DNA of 64,000 bases from an uncultured Acidimicrobiales bacterium (GTDB lineage: Bacteria > Actinomycetota > Acidimicrobiia > Acidimicrobiales > SZUA-35), in NCBI GenBank assembly GCA_937922045.1, contig CAKZXA010000073.1:26484-90483 (forward strand). The letters are read 5' to 3'. The translations under genes and the position numbers were made by a program. This document shows positions 41,098 through 49,065 of the stretch, piece after piece (positions within the stretch are counted from its first letter, which is position 1; each line of letters starts with the position of its first letter). The notes beneath the pieces were generated by a model. It had not been told where the DNA came from. It did not search any database and saw only the letters and a list, made by a program, of their open reading frames with translations.

Positions 41098-41973
41098 ATG
41101 AAATCCGAAACCGAAGCGTCCGATTATGAGACCGTGCGTTACGAGGTTGCCGACGGAGTGGCCACCATCACCCTGAACCGCCCGGATCGACTCAACGCCT
41201 TCAATCACACCATGCTGGATGAGCTGATCGGCCTCTGTGATCGCATCGATGGCGACGATGAGGTGAGAGCCGTTGTGATTACTGGCGAAGGCCGGGGCTT
41301 CTGCGCCGGTGCTGATCTTGGTGGGGGCGGCGATACGTTCAACCATGGTGATGACGAGGCCTCGAGTGCTGAGACTCATCGAGACGGTGGCGGCCGTGTC
41401 TCGCTCCGGATCTTTCAGCTGACCAAACCGATCATTGCCGCCATCAATGGTCCGGCGGTCGGCGTTGGTATAACGATGACGTTGCCGATGGATGTTCGCT
41501 TGGCCGCCGAATCGGCCAAGATCGGCTTTGTGTTCGCCCGTCGAGGTCTCGTGCCTGAAGCGTGTTCCTCATGGTTTCTCCCTCGGATTGTCGGTATCTC
41601 CCAGGCGGCGCAGTGGTGCTATTCCGGCCGTGTCTTCGCTGCACGTGAGGCGGCCGACGGTGGCTTGGTAACGATGGTTCCCGACGATCAGCTACTCGAC
41701 CGGGCCTACGCGATCGCTTCGGAAATCGCGCGAGAGGCGGCACCGGTATCAATCGCCCTCACCCGCCAGCTTCTGTGGCGCGGCCTTACCTACGACCATC
41801 CGATGCAAGCGCACCAGGCTGACTCCCGGGCCATCCACGCCTTGGGGCAGTCGGCGGATGCCTTCGAGGGTGTCACTAGCTTCCTGGAGAAGCGCCCACC
41901 GACATGGTCGCTTCGTCCGTCTACCGATGCGCCTGATATCTTTCCATCTTGGCAAGAACCGGAGTTCGGTTAG
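41098..41973 (+). CDS. enoyl-CoA hydratase/isomerase (crotonase) family protein
   Basis: ATITLNRPDRLNAF, GEGRGFCAGADL, INGPAVGVGITM. Confidence 0.85.
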   Translation: MKSETEASDYETVRYEVADGVATITLNRPDRLNAFNHTMLDELIGLCDRIDGDDEVRAVVITGEGRGFCAGADLGGGGDTFNHGDDEASSAETHRDGGGRVSLRIFQLTKPIIAAINGPAVGVGITMTLPMDVRLAAESAKIGFVFARRGLVPEACSSWFLPRIVGISQAAQWCYSGRVFAAREAADGGLVTMVPDDQLLDRAYAIASEIAREAAPVSIALTRQLLWRGLTYDHPMQAHQADSRAIHALGQSADAFEGVTSFLEKRPPTWSLRPSTDAPDIFPSWQEPEFG

Positions 41974-43259
41974 GCCTCGTCGGCTTCGAGCGAATCGCTG
42001 ATCGGCTGATCGAGCGCATAACTGCATGCATAGCGACGATCGCCGGTCTGCCAGTCGTACTCGTTGGGACGCCAAAACTTGAAGTCCTCAATCTGTTCAC
42101 TGCTTGGTTTGGCTCCAAGGAAGTCACCGAGAGCGTCGAAGCAGATCGACTGGGCGAGCTCCTTGACATCAGCTTCACCTGGGAACTCCTCGTTTTCGTC
42201 GTCGCCGAGGTGCCCGCCCTTGATCATCTGGCCGACATGTTCTTCATCACACAAGGTCGGTAGGACCTTGTCGTCGATGCCGAGCGTGCTGGGCTTTTCC
42301 TCGGGACCAAGCTGGAAGCAGGAGCCGGGTTCGATATCGAACAGAGAGCGATAGTTGGTCGGAGCGAAGGTCTCTTCGATCAGCGTGTTGTCGAGGATGG
42401 TGCACAACACTGTGCGGTCGCTGTTGGACCAGCTTGAGAGACTTGGACGCCAATAGCGGAAGTTGAAGCCATCGACGCTGACGCCGAAGTGACTCTGGAA
42501 GAGTCGAGCACACGCCGCCGTTGTGGCACTTGTGAGCAGGCTCTCCTCCGGGAATTGTGCCGCCGCAGGAAAGTCGAGGCGGTCACGGCCGAAGAAGACA
42601 CCGTGGTGAGGTTCGTTGCAGGCGGCGAGTGAGACGACGCTCCTGCTGTCTAGCTTGAAGGGGTCGGTTCCTGATTCCGCCCGAAAGCAGTCGCCCGGTG
42701 TGAGCCGTGAGACGATGACTCGCTCGCCGCGAGGATAGTTGGCTGCACCGTCGGCGAGCGTTCCGGTCACGAGCGAGCCGTCGAGAGTCGTGAGATAGCA
42801 GTTGGCCGATCGGCTAGAGCCGACCCAGTTGATCTCGTCGGGATAGATGGCTTCGCCATCGAGCGAGGTTGTGAGGACATCGTCGCCCAAGAAGCTGCGG
42901 TAGACGCTGTCGCAGGCTTCAACCGCCCAGCTGTTGAGCGTGTCGGCTCCGGGGTAGGGGCCGTTCGCATCTGGATAGCTAACCTGGCCCGCCATCTCGG
43001 CCTGGTGAGGTGTTGCGCAGTCGATGGCTGCGATGTCGTCGACCCCGCCGGAAAGTCCGAAGTTGAAACAGGTGCCGGGCCTGAAGTCAAGCGGGCTGGC
43101 GCTAGCAGGATCGATTTGGACCGTATCATCTGCGTTGTCGCCGTCTGGCGAAAGCACCAGTCCAACGACCAAAAGCGTCACCAGACCAGCCAGAATCCCC
43201 ATTCCGGTTGGCAAGAGTGTGCTTGGCGATCGCGTCGCCGTGTGCGGTTGAGCCATCAT
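41970..43259 (-). CDS. membrane-anchored protein with three septum-formation-like Cys-containing repeats
   Basis: N-terminal TM helix. Three repeats of G-x-CF ... C-x-x-(P/E)H ... C (GTCFNF..IDCATPHQAEM; GDCFRAE..AACNEPHHGVF; GSCFQLG..TLCDEEHVGQM), resembling the Septum_form (PF13845) pattern from memory. Confidence 0.55.
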   Translation of the reverse strand: MMAQPHTATRSPSTLLPTGMGILAGLVTLLVVGLVLSPDGDNADDTVQIDPASASPLDFRPGTCFNFGLSGGVDDIAAIDCATPHQAEMAGQVSYPDANGPYPGADTLNSWAVEACDSVYRSFLGDDVLTTSLDGEAIYPDEINWVGSSRSANCYLTTLDGSLVTGTLADGAANYPRGERVIVSRLTPGDCFRAESGTDPFKLDSRSVVSLAACNEPHHGVFFGRDRLDFPAAAQFPEESLLTSATTAACARLFQSHFGVSVDGFNFRYWRPSLSSWSNSDRTVLCTILDNTLIEETFAPTNYRSLFDIEPGSCFQLGPEEKPSTLGIDDKVLPTLCDEEHVGQMIKGGHLGDDENEEFPGEADVKELAQSICFDALGDFLGAKPSSEQIEDFKFWRPNEYDWQTGDRRYACSYALDQPISDSLEADEA

Positions 43260-43431
43260 GTTTGGAATCTCGGTGCCTGTCGAAGCTAACGCGGCATCCT
43301 AGCCGGATTCGCAAGGGGATGCGTTGGCTTGTCATCGGAGGGTAGGACAGTCGACATCTAGCTGTTCGCGGTCCAAAAAGAGAGGCCGCCGCGGTGCCGG
43401 AGGTGAATCCGGTCGTCTGGCTCGGCCCTCA

Positions 43432-43469
43432 CCGCAAAACGACGAATGGACCGAACTAGGGTTCGGCCC
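43432..43469 (-). terminator. candidate ssrA terminator
   Basis: On the minus strand, GGGCCGAAC-CCTA-GTTCGGTCC (9 bp, one G-U pair) lies 15 nt after the tmRNA 3' end, followed by ATTCGTCGTTTTG. Confidence 0.4.
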
Positions 43470-43484
43470 ATTTCATCAACCAAG

Positions 43485-43875
43485 TGGAGCTGGGGGGAAT
43501 CGAACCCCCGTCCGCTGAGGAGTTACTGCTCACGCTACGACCATTCCCGAGTCTTCGGCTTTAACGGCTGCCGGCTTGCCGGGTCAAGTTGGGCCGAAGC
43601 CCAGAGCCGCCTGGTCTTTCCCAGATGTCAGCGGTCTGTTGCCTGCTGTCAGCGGTCTCTCTCGCCGTCCATCATTGCTTCTGTTGCCGGGCTGCAATGA
43701 TCTGGCCCCGCGTGGCCTCACGGCTCGCGATTTTCCTCTGTACTACCTAAGTAAAATTAGGCGGCAAGAGCGAAGTCAGCCTTTTTGGCGCTTCTGTTGA
43801 ACCCCGTTTAACGAGTCTGAGCAACTCGGGTCGCCTAAACGGCTTCTCGTCTCAACGTCGAAACCGATCAGCCCC
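43485..43875 (-). ncRNA. ssrA: transfer-messenger RNA (tmRNA)
   Basis: The minus strand starts GGGGCTGATCGGTTTCGACG and ends GGACGGGGGTTCGATTCCCCCCAGCTCCA. This gives an acceptor stem with a G3-U70 pair and a T-arm. The internal tag frame is ...GCC AAA AAG GCT GAC TTC GCT CTT GCC GCC TAA (AKKADFALAA*). It lies directly downstream of smpB. Confidence 0.93.
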
Positions 43876-44004
43876 GTGGACTGCAGGTGTTCCGTTGGAA
43901 CGGTCGACGCCAACGAGTGACGTCTCAGATGCTGTTGTCAAAGAACCGGCATGTAGGGGCCGAGCACCAAGTGTATCGTCACCGCCACCGTGTGTCGGTG
44001 GGTT

Positions 44005-44466
44005 CTAACCCCGGTTGCGGCTTGCTAGCTCGCGCCGCGCTTCTCGGTCGGCGTCGCGCTTGGCGATGTCTTGACGCTTGTCGACCGTCTTCTTACCTCG
44101 CCCGAGGCCGATCTCAAGCTTGGCCCGGTTCTCCTTGAAGTAGAGGGCCATAGGCACCAGGACCAGATGGTCTTGCTCGGTCTTTGAAAAGAGGCGATCC
44201 AGCTCGGCCCGGTGCATGAGCAGCTTGCGCTTGCGGGTTGGATCGTAGCGAACATGGGAGCTGGCCCGTGTGTAGGGGGCGATGTGTAGCGATATGAGCC
44301 AGAGCTGTCCGCTTTCGAAGCGGGCGTAGGCGTCGCTGATCTGCACCTTTGACTCTCGCAACGACTTGACCTCGGACCCTCGGAGTGCGATGCCAGCCTC
44401 GTGGGTCTCGGAGATCTCGTAGTTGCGATGCGCCCGCTTGTTGGTCGCAATCATCTTCACAGCCAT
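44005..44466 (-). CDS. smpB: SsrA-binding protein SmpB
   Basis: 153 aa. IATNKRAHRNYEI, GIALRGSEVKSLRE, and a basic C-terminal tail. Confidence 0.93.
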   Translation of the reverse strand: MAVKMIATNKRAHRNYEISETHEAGIALRGSEVKSLRESKVQISDAYARFESGQLWLISLHIAPYTRASSHVRYDPTRKRKLLMHRAELDRLFSKTEQDHLVLVPMALYFKENRAKLEIGLGRGKKTVDKRQDIAKRDADREARRELASRNRG

Positions 44467-44539
44467 GCCTTCAGGCTAGCTCGCGGCTGGTGGGGCCAGC
44501 CGACACAATTTTGCGGCTGCTACTCTTTGGCCAGGCACT

Positions 44540-44968
44540 ATGACCGTACTTCGACTAGGCGAACGACACCGGTTAGCGATGCTGGCTGAGGCTCGACGGG
44601 CCGCCCCGCTCGAAGCGTGTGGACTCCTCTTCGGTCGTGTCGGGTCGAGAGCGCTGGCCCGGTTCCAGCCCATAACAAATGTGTTGCGCTCTGAGCGAGC
44701 CTATGAACTCGACGCTCAAGAGTATCTCGAAGCCCTGTTTGCAGCTGAGGCCGAAGGGTTGGAGATGATCGGGGTGATGCACTCCCATCCGGCGTCGCCC
44801 GCCTATCCGTCAGCGGTTGATGTGGCCGGTGCATCGTCAGCGCTCGTGCCCGATGATTGGCACTGGGTTGTGATATCGCTCCATGGGGCCGAGCCAGTAC
44901 TACGAAGTTTTCTGATCGTCGAGCAGTCGGTTGTCGAAGAGGAGATCGAGATCGTCGAGGATCGGTAG
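44540..44968 (+). CDS. Mov34/MPN/JAMM-family metalloprotease (Mec-like)
   Basis: 142 aa with a complete JAMM signature: E (PLEACGLL), HSHP, S-x-x-D (HSHPASPAYPSAVD). Confidence 0.8.
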   Translation: MTVLRLGERHRLAMLAEARRAAPLEACGLLFGRVGSRALARFQPITNVLRSERAYELDAQEYLEALFAAEAEGLEMIGVMHSHPASPAYPSAVDVAGASSALVPDDWHWVVISLHGAEPVLRSFLIVEQSVVEEEIEIVEDR

Positions 44969-45023
44969 CGCCGCCCTCGTGCACGATGATGCTCGGGTCC
45001 GATGGTGCTCGGCTCCGGCGATG

Positions 45024-45623
45024 CTAGGACGCCCGTAGTCGTCTTCGTCCGAACCAGCCGAGACTTGCGATGAGTTCGTTGTGCTCGCCGTAGAGCTGGT
45101 TCACCTGCTTGTGAAGGTGGGCTGAGCGCGAGCGCTCATAGTCGAGCTCGCCCCGGATCTCCTCCAGCCGGGCCAGGGCAATCTCTCGCTCCATGCTCAG
45201 CTGTCGAACTTCCTCTTCAGCGTCGAGTAAGGCCTCATCGCTACTTTCTCGGGCCTCGCGCTCGTGTTGGAGACGTTCACTCGCTTCCTGTAGACGAAGG
45301 GCTAGTTCCCTGGCCTCAGCTCGTGCTGCGGCGGCTTGGGTTTTGGCCAGAACGACAGCAGCGTGGGCGGCCAGGGTCTCAGAGATGTAGCGGTCGAGCT
45401 GATTGGGGATCTCGTCAAGTGTGAGACGGTTCCCGGTCAGGTCCAGCGGCCAGCCTTCGCGTTCGGCAATTGCTGACAAGGCCTCGGCGGGCAGGGCCCA
45501 ACCGTTCGGACCAAGACGAGCTTCAGGTACCGCACCCGTGTCTAGCCGCCGACGCAGCGTGTCTTGAGATACCCCGAATGCGTTAGCGGCTTCGGAGATG
45601 TGAAGGAGGTCGGCGGTTTTCAC
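45024..45623 (-). CDS. helix-turn-helix (excisionase/MerR-type HTH_17-like) protein with a C-terminal coiled coil
   Basis: N-terminus LLHISEAANAFGVSQDTLRRRLDTGAV. The C-terminal ~110 aa are heptad-like and Ala/Glu/Arg-rich. Confidence 0.6.
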   Translation of the reverse strand: MKTADLLHISEAANAFGVSQDTLRRRLDTGAVPEARLGPNGWALPAEALSAIAEREGWPLDLTGNRLTLDEIPNQLDRYISETLAAHAAVVLAKTQAAAARAEARELALRLQEASERLQHEREARESSDEALLDAEEEVRQLSMEREIALARLEEIRGELDYERSRSAHLHKQVNQLYGEHNELIASLGWFGRRRLRAS

Positions 45624-45689
45624 CTGGCGATTCTATGGCAGCCTCAGCCTCATCTCAAGGATTGCCACCCAAACTGTCATGCAAGCAGG

Positions 45690-46514
45690 TCACGAGGCTG
45701 CTGTTGGAGCCGAGGTGAGCAGGCCGAGAAGTCGTTCGACCTCGACGGTCTCGGCCCCTTTGAGAGGTGCAAGTCGACCAAAGACGGCTGAGGCGCCCTG
45801 GTGCATTGCCGCGGGAAGGTTGGCGTCATCCATGGCTGAAGCGATCTCTGCCATCTCGCCAGCGAAGCGCCATGCCTTGGGCCCGACGCTTGCAGCTGCC
45901 CTCTCCAGAAGGGGGAGCAGATGGGGCTGCGACAGCTCCCATTCGGCCCGAAGTTCCTTGCCCACAGCATGACATTCAGCCAAAGCAGCGACGTTGAAGA
46001 GTAGGGCGGCCTGGGCCTTGGTCCATCCGGCATAAGCCATCTTGAGGGCCGAGGCGGCGGTTGGTGACCCGGTCATCGCCACCGCGGTGAGAGCCGAGCC
46101 AGCCCACAGCTGGGCGATGGTTTCAGCTTCCTCGCCTGCGAGATAGAGGCGACTGGTACCCGGGCTGGTCGGAGGAGGACCGATAACGGAGCCATCGACA
46201 TACCGATCAAAGCGTTGCCTGATCTCTTCTGAAGTTGAGGGGGCGATGGCGTTGGCGTCGACGTAGACCCCGTCGAATCCGGTGCTGTTCATCTGATCGG
46301 CCACCGAAAGTGCTTGATCCGGTGGACAGATCGAGACGACGACGTCGCAGTTGGCGAGGGCGTCGATTGCGCCGACGTCGATCATTCCTGCCCGCTCGGC
46401 CCGCAGCTGTGTCGCCGGGGACCGCCCGGACGAGGCCCAGTGCGTCTCAGCATGACAGGCGGCGGCGAGGGCTGAGCCCATGGCGCCAGGGTGAAGGAAT
46501 CCGACCGTGTTCAT
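45690..46514 (-). CDS. NAD(P)-dependent oxidoreductase (6-phosphogluconate-dehydrogenase-like N-domain, DUF1932-like C-domain)
   Basis: 274 aa. N-terminal dinucleotide fold VGFLHPGAMGSALA and CDVVVSICPP; helical C-terminal half. Confidence 0.6.
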   Translation of the reverse strand: MNTVGFLHPGAMGSALAAACHAETHWASSGRSPATQLRAERAGMIDVGAIDALANCDVVVSICPPDQALSVADQMNSTGFDGVYVDANAIAPSTSEEIRQRFDRYVDGSVIGPPPTSPGTSRLYLAGEEAETIAQLWAGSALTAVAMTGSPTAASALKMAYAGWTKAQAALLFNVAALAECHAVGKELRAEWELSQPHLLPLLERAAASVGPKAWRFAGEMAEIASAMDDANLPAAMHQGASAVFGRLAPLKGAETVEVERLLGLLTSAPTAAS

Positions 46515-46806
46515 AGGGCCACGGTAGTCGCCTACGGAGGAGGGTCAGACGCAGAAATGGCCGAGCTCAGGAGCTCAGCCACTTCAACCGGTCATCACCC
46601 AGATCTCTTGGCCGACGGCGAACCGTCGACCGATGAACTCACCTTACGGGTGGTACCTAGCCAGCGCCAGCGATAGGGAGCATCCACCCAGCACCTGGTG
46701 GCGAAGCTGGGTCGCCCGGCCTACAGTTTGGCTGGCAATGGCGGCAGATCTACCGCCCGGCGGCCCCCGTCGCCAACGGACTACACGGATCGGTTTTGGA
46801 AGGACC

Positions 46807-47538
46807 ATGTCAATGAGGCCAGACGGACGAGCGAACGACGAACTTCGACCGGTCAGCTTTCAGCGCGACTTCACCAAGATGGCCGACGGTTCGGTTCTTG
46901 TGACGTTCGGGGAAACCCAGGTGCTGTGCACAGCGTCGATCGACGACGATGTGCCCCGCTGGATGCGTGATACCGGCAAGGGCTGGGTCACCGCTGAGTA
47001 CAATATGCTGCCAGGCTCAAGCCCTGAGCGAATCCGCCGACGCACGTCGGGACGCGATCAGGAGATCCAGCGCCTCATCGGTCGAAGCTTGAGGGCCGTG
47101 TGCGACATGACGCTTCTCGGCGAGCGCCAGATCACGGTCGATTGCGATGTTCTCCAGGCCGACGGTGGCACTCGTACCGCCTCGATTTGTGGTGGCTATG
47201 TCGCCTTGCACGACGCTCTATCTCGCCTCGTGCTCTCGGGCGCTCTCGCCACCCATCCCCTGACCGAAAGCCTCGCCGCCATCAGCGTTGGTGTGATCGA
47301 CGGAGAATGCCGACTGGACCTGCCCTACGTTGAGGACGCAGGTGCTGAGGTTGACATGAACATTGTGATGACCGGCTCCGGCGGGTTTGTGGAGGTCCAG
47401 GGAACGGCCGAAGGGGCGGTGTTCGACCGCTCTCAGCTCAACACGCTCCTCGATCTAGCGGCCGCTGGCATCAAGACGATCACCACGCTGCAGGCCGAGG
47501 CGGTTACGACCCCGCCCGAGCTGCGCCCGGCCCGGTAG
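46807..47538 (+). CDS. rph: ribonuclease PH
   Basis: GGAAGGA lies before ATG 46807. [63 protein letters not shown]. The ORF-track upstream 58 codons were rejected. Confidence 0.93.
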   Translation: MSMRPDGRANDELRPVSFQRDFTKMADGSVLVTFGETQVLCTASIDDDVPRWMRDTGKGWVTAEYNMLPGSSPERIRRRTSGRDQEIQRLIGRSLRAVCDMTLLGERQITVDCDVLQADGGTRTASICGGYVALHDALSRLVLSGALATHPLTESLAAISVGVIDGECRLDLPYVEDAGAEVDMNIVMTGSGGFVEVQGTAEGAVFDRSQLNTLLDLAAAGIKTITTLQAEAVTTPPELRPAR

Positions 47539-47553
47539 GGGAGATCCCTACCC

Positions 47554-48159
47554 ATGGAAGGTGAACAGCGGCCTCGTCTGGTTCTGGCCACTGCCAATCA
47601 GGGCAAGGTGGTCGAGCTGGCCGATCTACTGGGTGAGCGCTATGACGTTGCCCCTCGACCCGACGGTCTCGCCGAGACCGTGGAAGACGGCGACACGCTT
47701 GTCGAAAATGCTCTGAAAAAGGCGAGGGAGGTCGTGGCCAACACCGCCACCCTTGCCTTGGCCGACGATACGGGCCTCTTTGTGGCTGCGCTCGGTGGGG
47801 CACCTGGTGTACTGAGTGCTCGCTACGCCGGTCCGCAGGCCTCCAGCGAAGACAATATTGCCAAGCTGCTTGGCTCGCTTGCGGGTTCGGCTGATCGTAG
47901 CGCCTACTTCGAAACCGTCTTGGCTCTGGTTTCGCCCGATGGAACGAGTGTGATCGCTCGAGGTCGAGTCGATGGACACATCGTGGCCGAACCTCGTGGA
48001 GCGTCGGGCTTTGGTTACGACTCCGTCTTTGCCCCCAGCGATGGCGACGGACGAACCTTCGCCGAGATGTCGTCAGTCGAAAAGCAAAAGATCAGCCATC
48101 GTTCAAGGGCACTTCGGGATGTGAAGAACCAGGTTGAGGCCAAGGGCGATTCGCTCTGA
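47554..48159 (+). CDS. rdgB: RdgB/HAM1 non-canonical purine NTP pyrophosphatase
   Basis: LVLATANQGKVVEL, DDTGL, GFGYDSVF, KISHRSRA. Confidence 0.9.
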   Translation: MEGEQRPRLVLATANQGKVVELADLLGERYDVAPRPDGLAETVEDGDTLVENALKKAREVVANTATLALADDTGLFVAALGGAPGVLSARYAGPQASSEDNIAKLLGSLAGSADRSAYFETVLALVSPDGTSVIARGRVDGHIVAEPRGASGFGYDSVFAPSDGDGRTFAEMSSVEKQKISHRSRALRDVKNQVEAKGDSL

Positions 48160-48186
48160 GGGCGCGTGACCTCGATCTGGTTCACA

Positions 48187-48273
48187 TGGTGCGGACGGGG
48201 GGACTCGAACCCCCACACCTGTAAAGGCGCCAGGACCTAAACCTGGTGCGTCTGCCAATTCCGCCACGTCCGC
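48187..48273 (-). tRNA. tRNA-Leu (anticodon UAG)
   Basis: Minus strand: GCGGACGTGGCGGAATTGGCAGACGCACCAGGTTTAGGTCCTGGCGCCTTTACAGGTGTGGGGGTTCGAGTCCCCCCGTCCGCACCA. Features: 7-bp acceptor stem, anticodon stem CCAGG/CCTGG with loop TTTAGGT, long variable arm, T-arm GGGGG-TTCGAGT-CCCCC, encoded CCA. Confidence 0.9.
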
Positions 48274-48452
48274 AGTATGGGCCCGGAGAAAATACCGGGA
48301 TCTGGTCAGCGGCTAGCATGCTAGCGCGTTCTACGGGCGACGGCCGCGATTTGGAGAGCTACGGTTCTCTGGGCTTGGCGGCGGCCGCAAAGGCACACCA
48401 AATGCCCGTGACGGTCCACCACAGACGCCGTGGCGGCGGTAACCTGACGATT

Positions 48453-49055
48453 ATGACAAGTCCCGGATTGCTGCCCACCGCCGAGATTGCGAACAACGGT
48501 TTCGGATTCGACATCTTCCAGCAGCTGTTGAAGCAGCGCATCGTCTTTCTCGGCCAGCAGGTCGACGACAACATTGCCAATTCGCTCGCCGCCCAGATTC
48601 TCTACCTGGCGGGTCAAGACCCCGACCAAGACATCTGGGTCTACATCAACTCGCCGGGTGGCTCGGTCACCGCTGGTATGGCGATTTACGACACGATGCA
48701 GTTCGTGAAGCCTGACGTGGCTACGGTCTGCCTGGGCCTCGGGGCGTCTATGGGCCAGTTTCTGCTGACCGCTGGCGCCCCCGGTAAGCGCTATGCACTT
48801 CCTCACGCTCGCATCCTGATGCACCAGCCGAGCGCTGGGGTCCAAGGTCAAGCTGCCGACATCGCGATCCAGGCCGAAAACCTGATCAACATCAAACGAG
48901 AGATGGCGGAACTAATCGCCGATCACTCTGGTCAAGACGTTGAGAAGATCATCGCCGACTCCGACCGCGACAAGTGGTTCAGCGCAAACGAGGCCAAGGA
49001 GTACGGCCTCCTGGATCACGTGATCGCTCGTGCCGGCGAACTCACCCAAGACTGA
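48453..49055 (+). CDS. clpP: ATP-dependent Clp protease proteolytic subunit
   Basis: 200 aa from ATG 48453. FDIFQQLLKQRIVFLG, INSPGGSV, catalytic Ser in GLGASMGQFLL, His in ILMHQP, Asp in DSDRDKWF. The longer ORF-track start overlaps the tRNA-Leu gene. Confidence 0.88.
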   Translation: MTSPGLLPTAEIANNGFGFDIFQQLLKQRIVFLGQQVDDNIANSLAAQILYLAGQDPDQDIWVYINSPGGSVTAGMAIYDTMQFVKPDVATVCLGLGASMGQFLLTAGAPGKRYALPHARILMHQPSAGVQGQAADIAIQAENLINIKREMAELIADHSGQDVEKIIADSDRDKWFSANEAKEYGLLDHVIARAGELTQD

Positions 49056-49065
49056 ACCCCCAGCG

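Noticed and set aside
43260-43484. Genomic island, integrase or att repeat at the tmRNA 3' end
   Set aside because: There is no integrase or recombinase ORF and no duplicate of the ssrA 3' terminus visible downstream. The only similar T-arm word belongs to the genuine tRNA-Leu at 48.2 kb.
46491-46676. 61-aa plus-strand ORF (or a 39-aa version from ATG 46546) in the oxidoreductase/rph gap
   Set aside because: The spacing to the GGAGGAGG is poor (about 14 nt). It overlaps the 5' end of the oxidoreductase gene. It has no recognisable motif, and its composition is not distinguishable from noise.
46633-46806. N-terminal extensions in the ORF track: rph from 46633, clpP from 48246, hpf from 32966, secA from 33689, proV from 57635, SBPs from 56441 and 61550, nitroreductase from 62940, cofE from 10822
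   Set aside because: In each case an internal ATG has a good Shine-Dalgarno and aligns with the canonical family N-terminus or signal peptide. The extensions overlap a tRNA, a terminator hairpin or the upstream gene, and they look non-coding.
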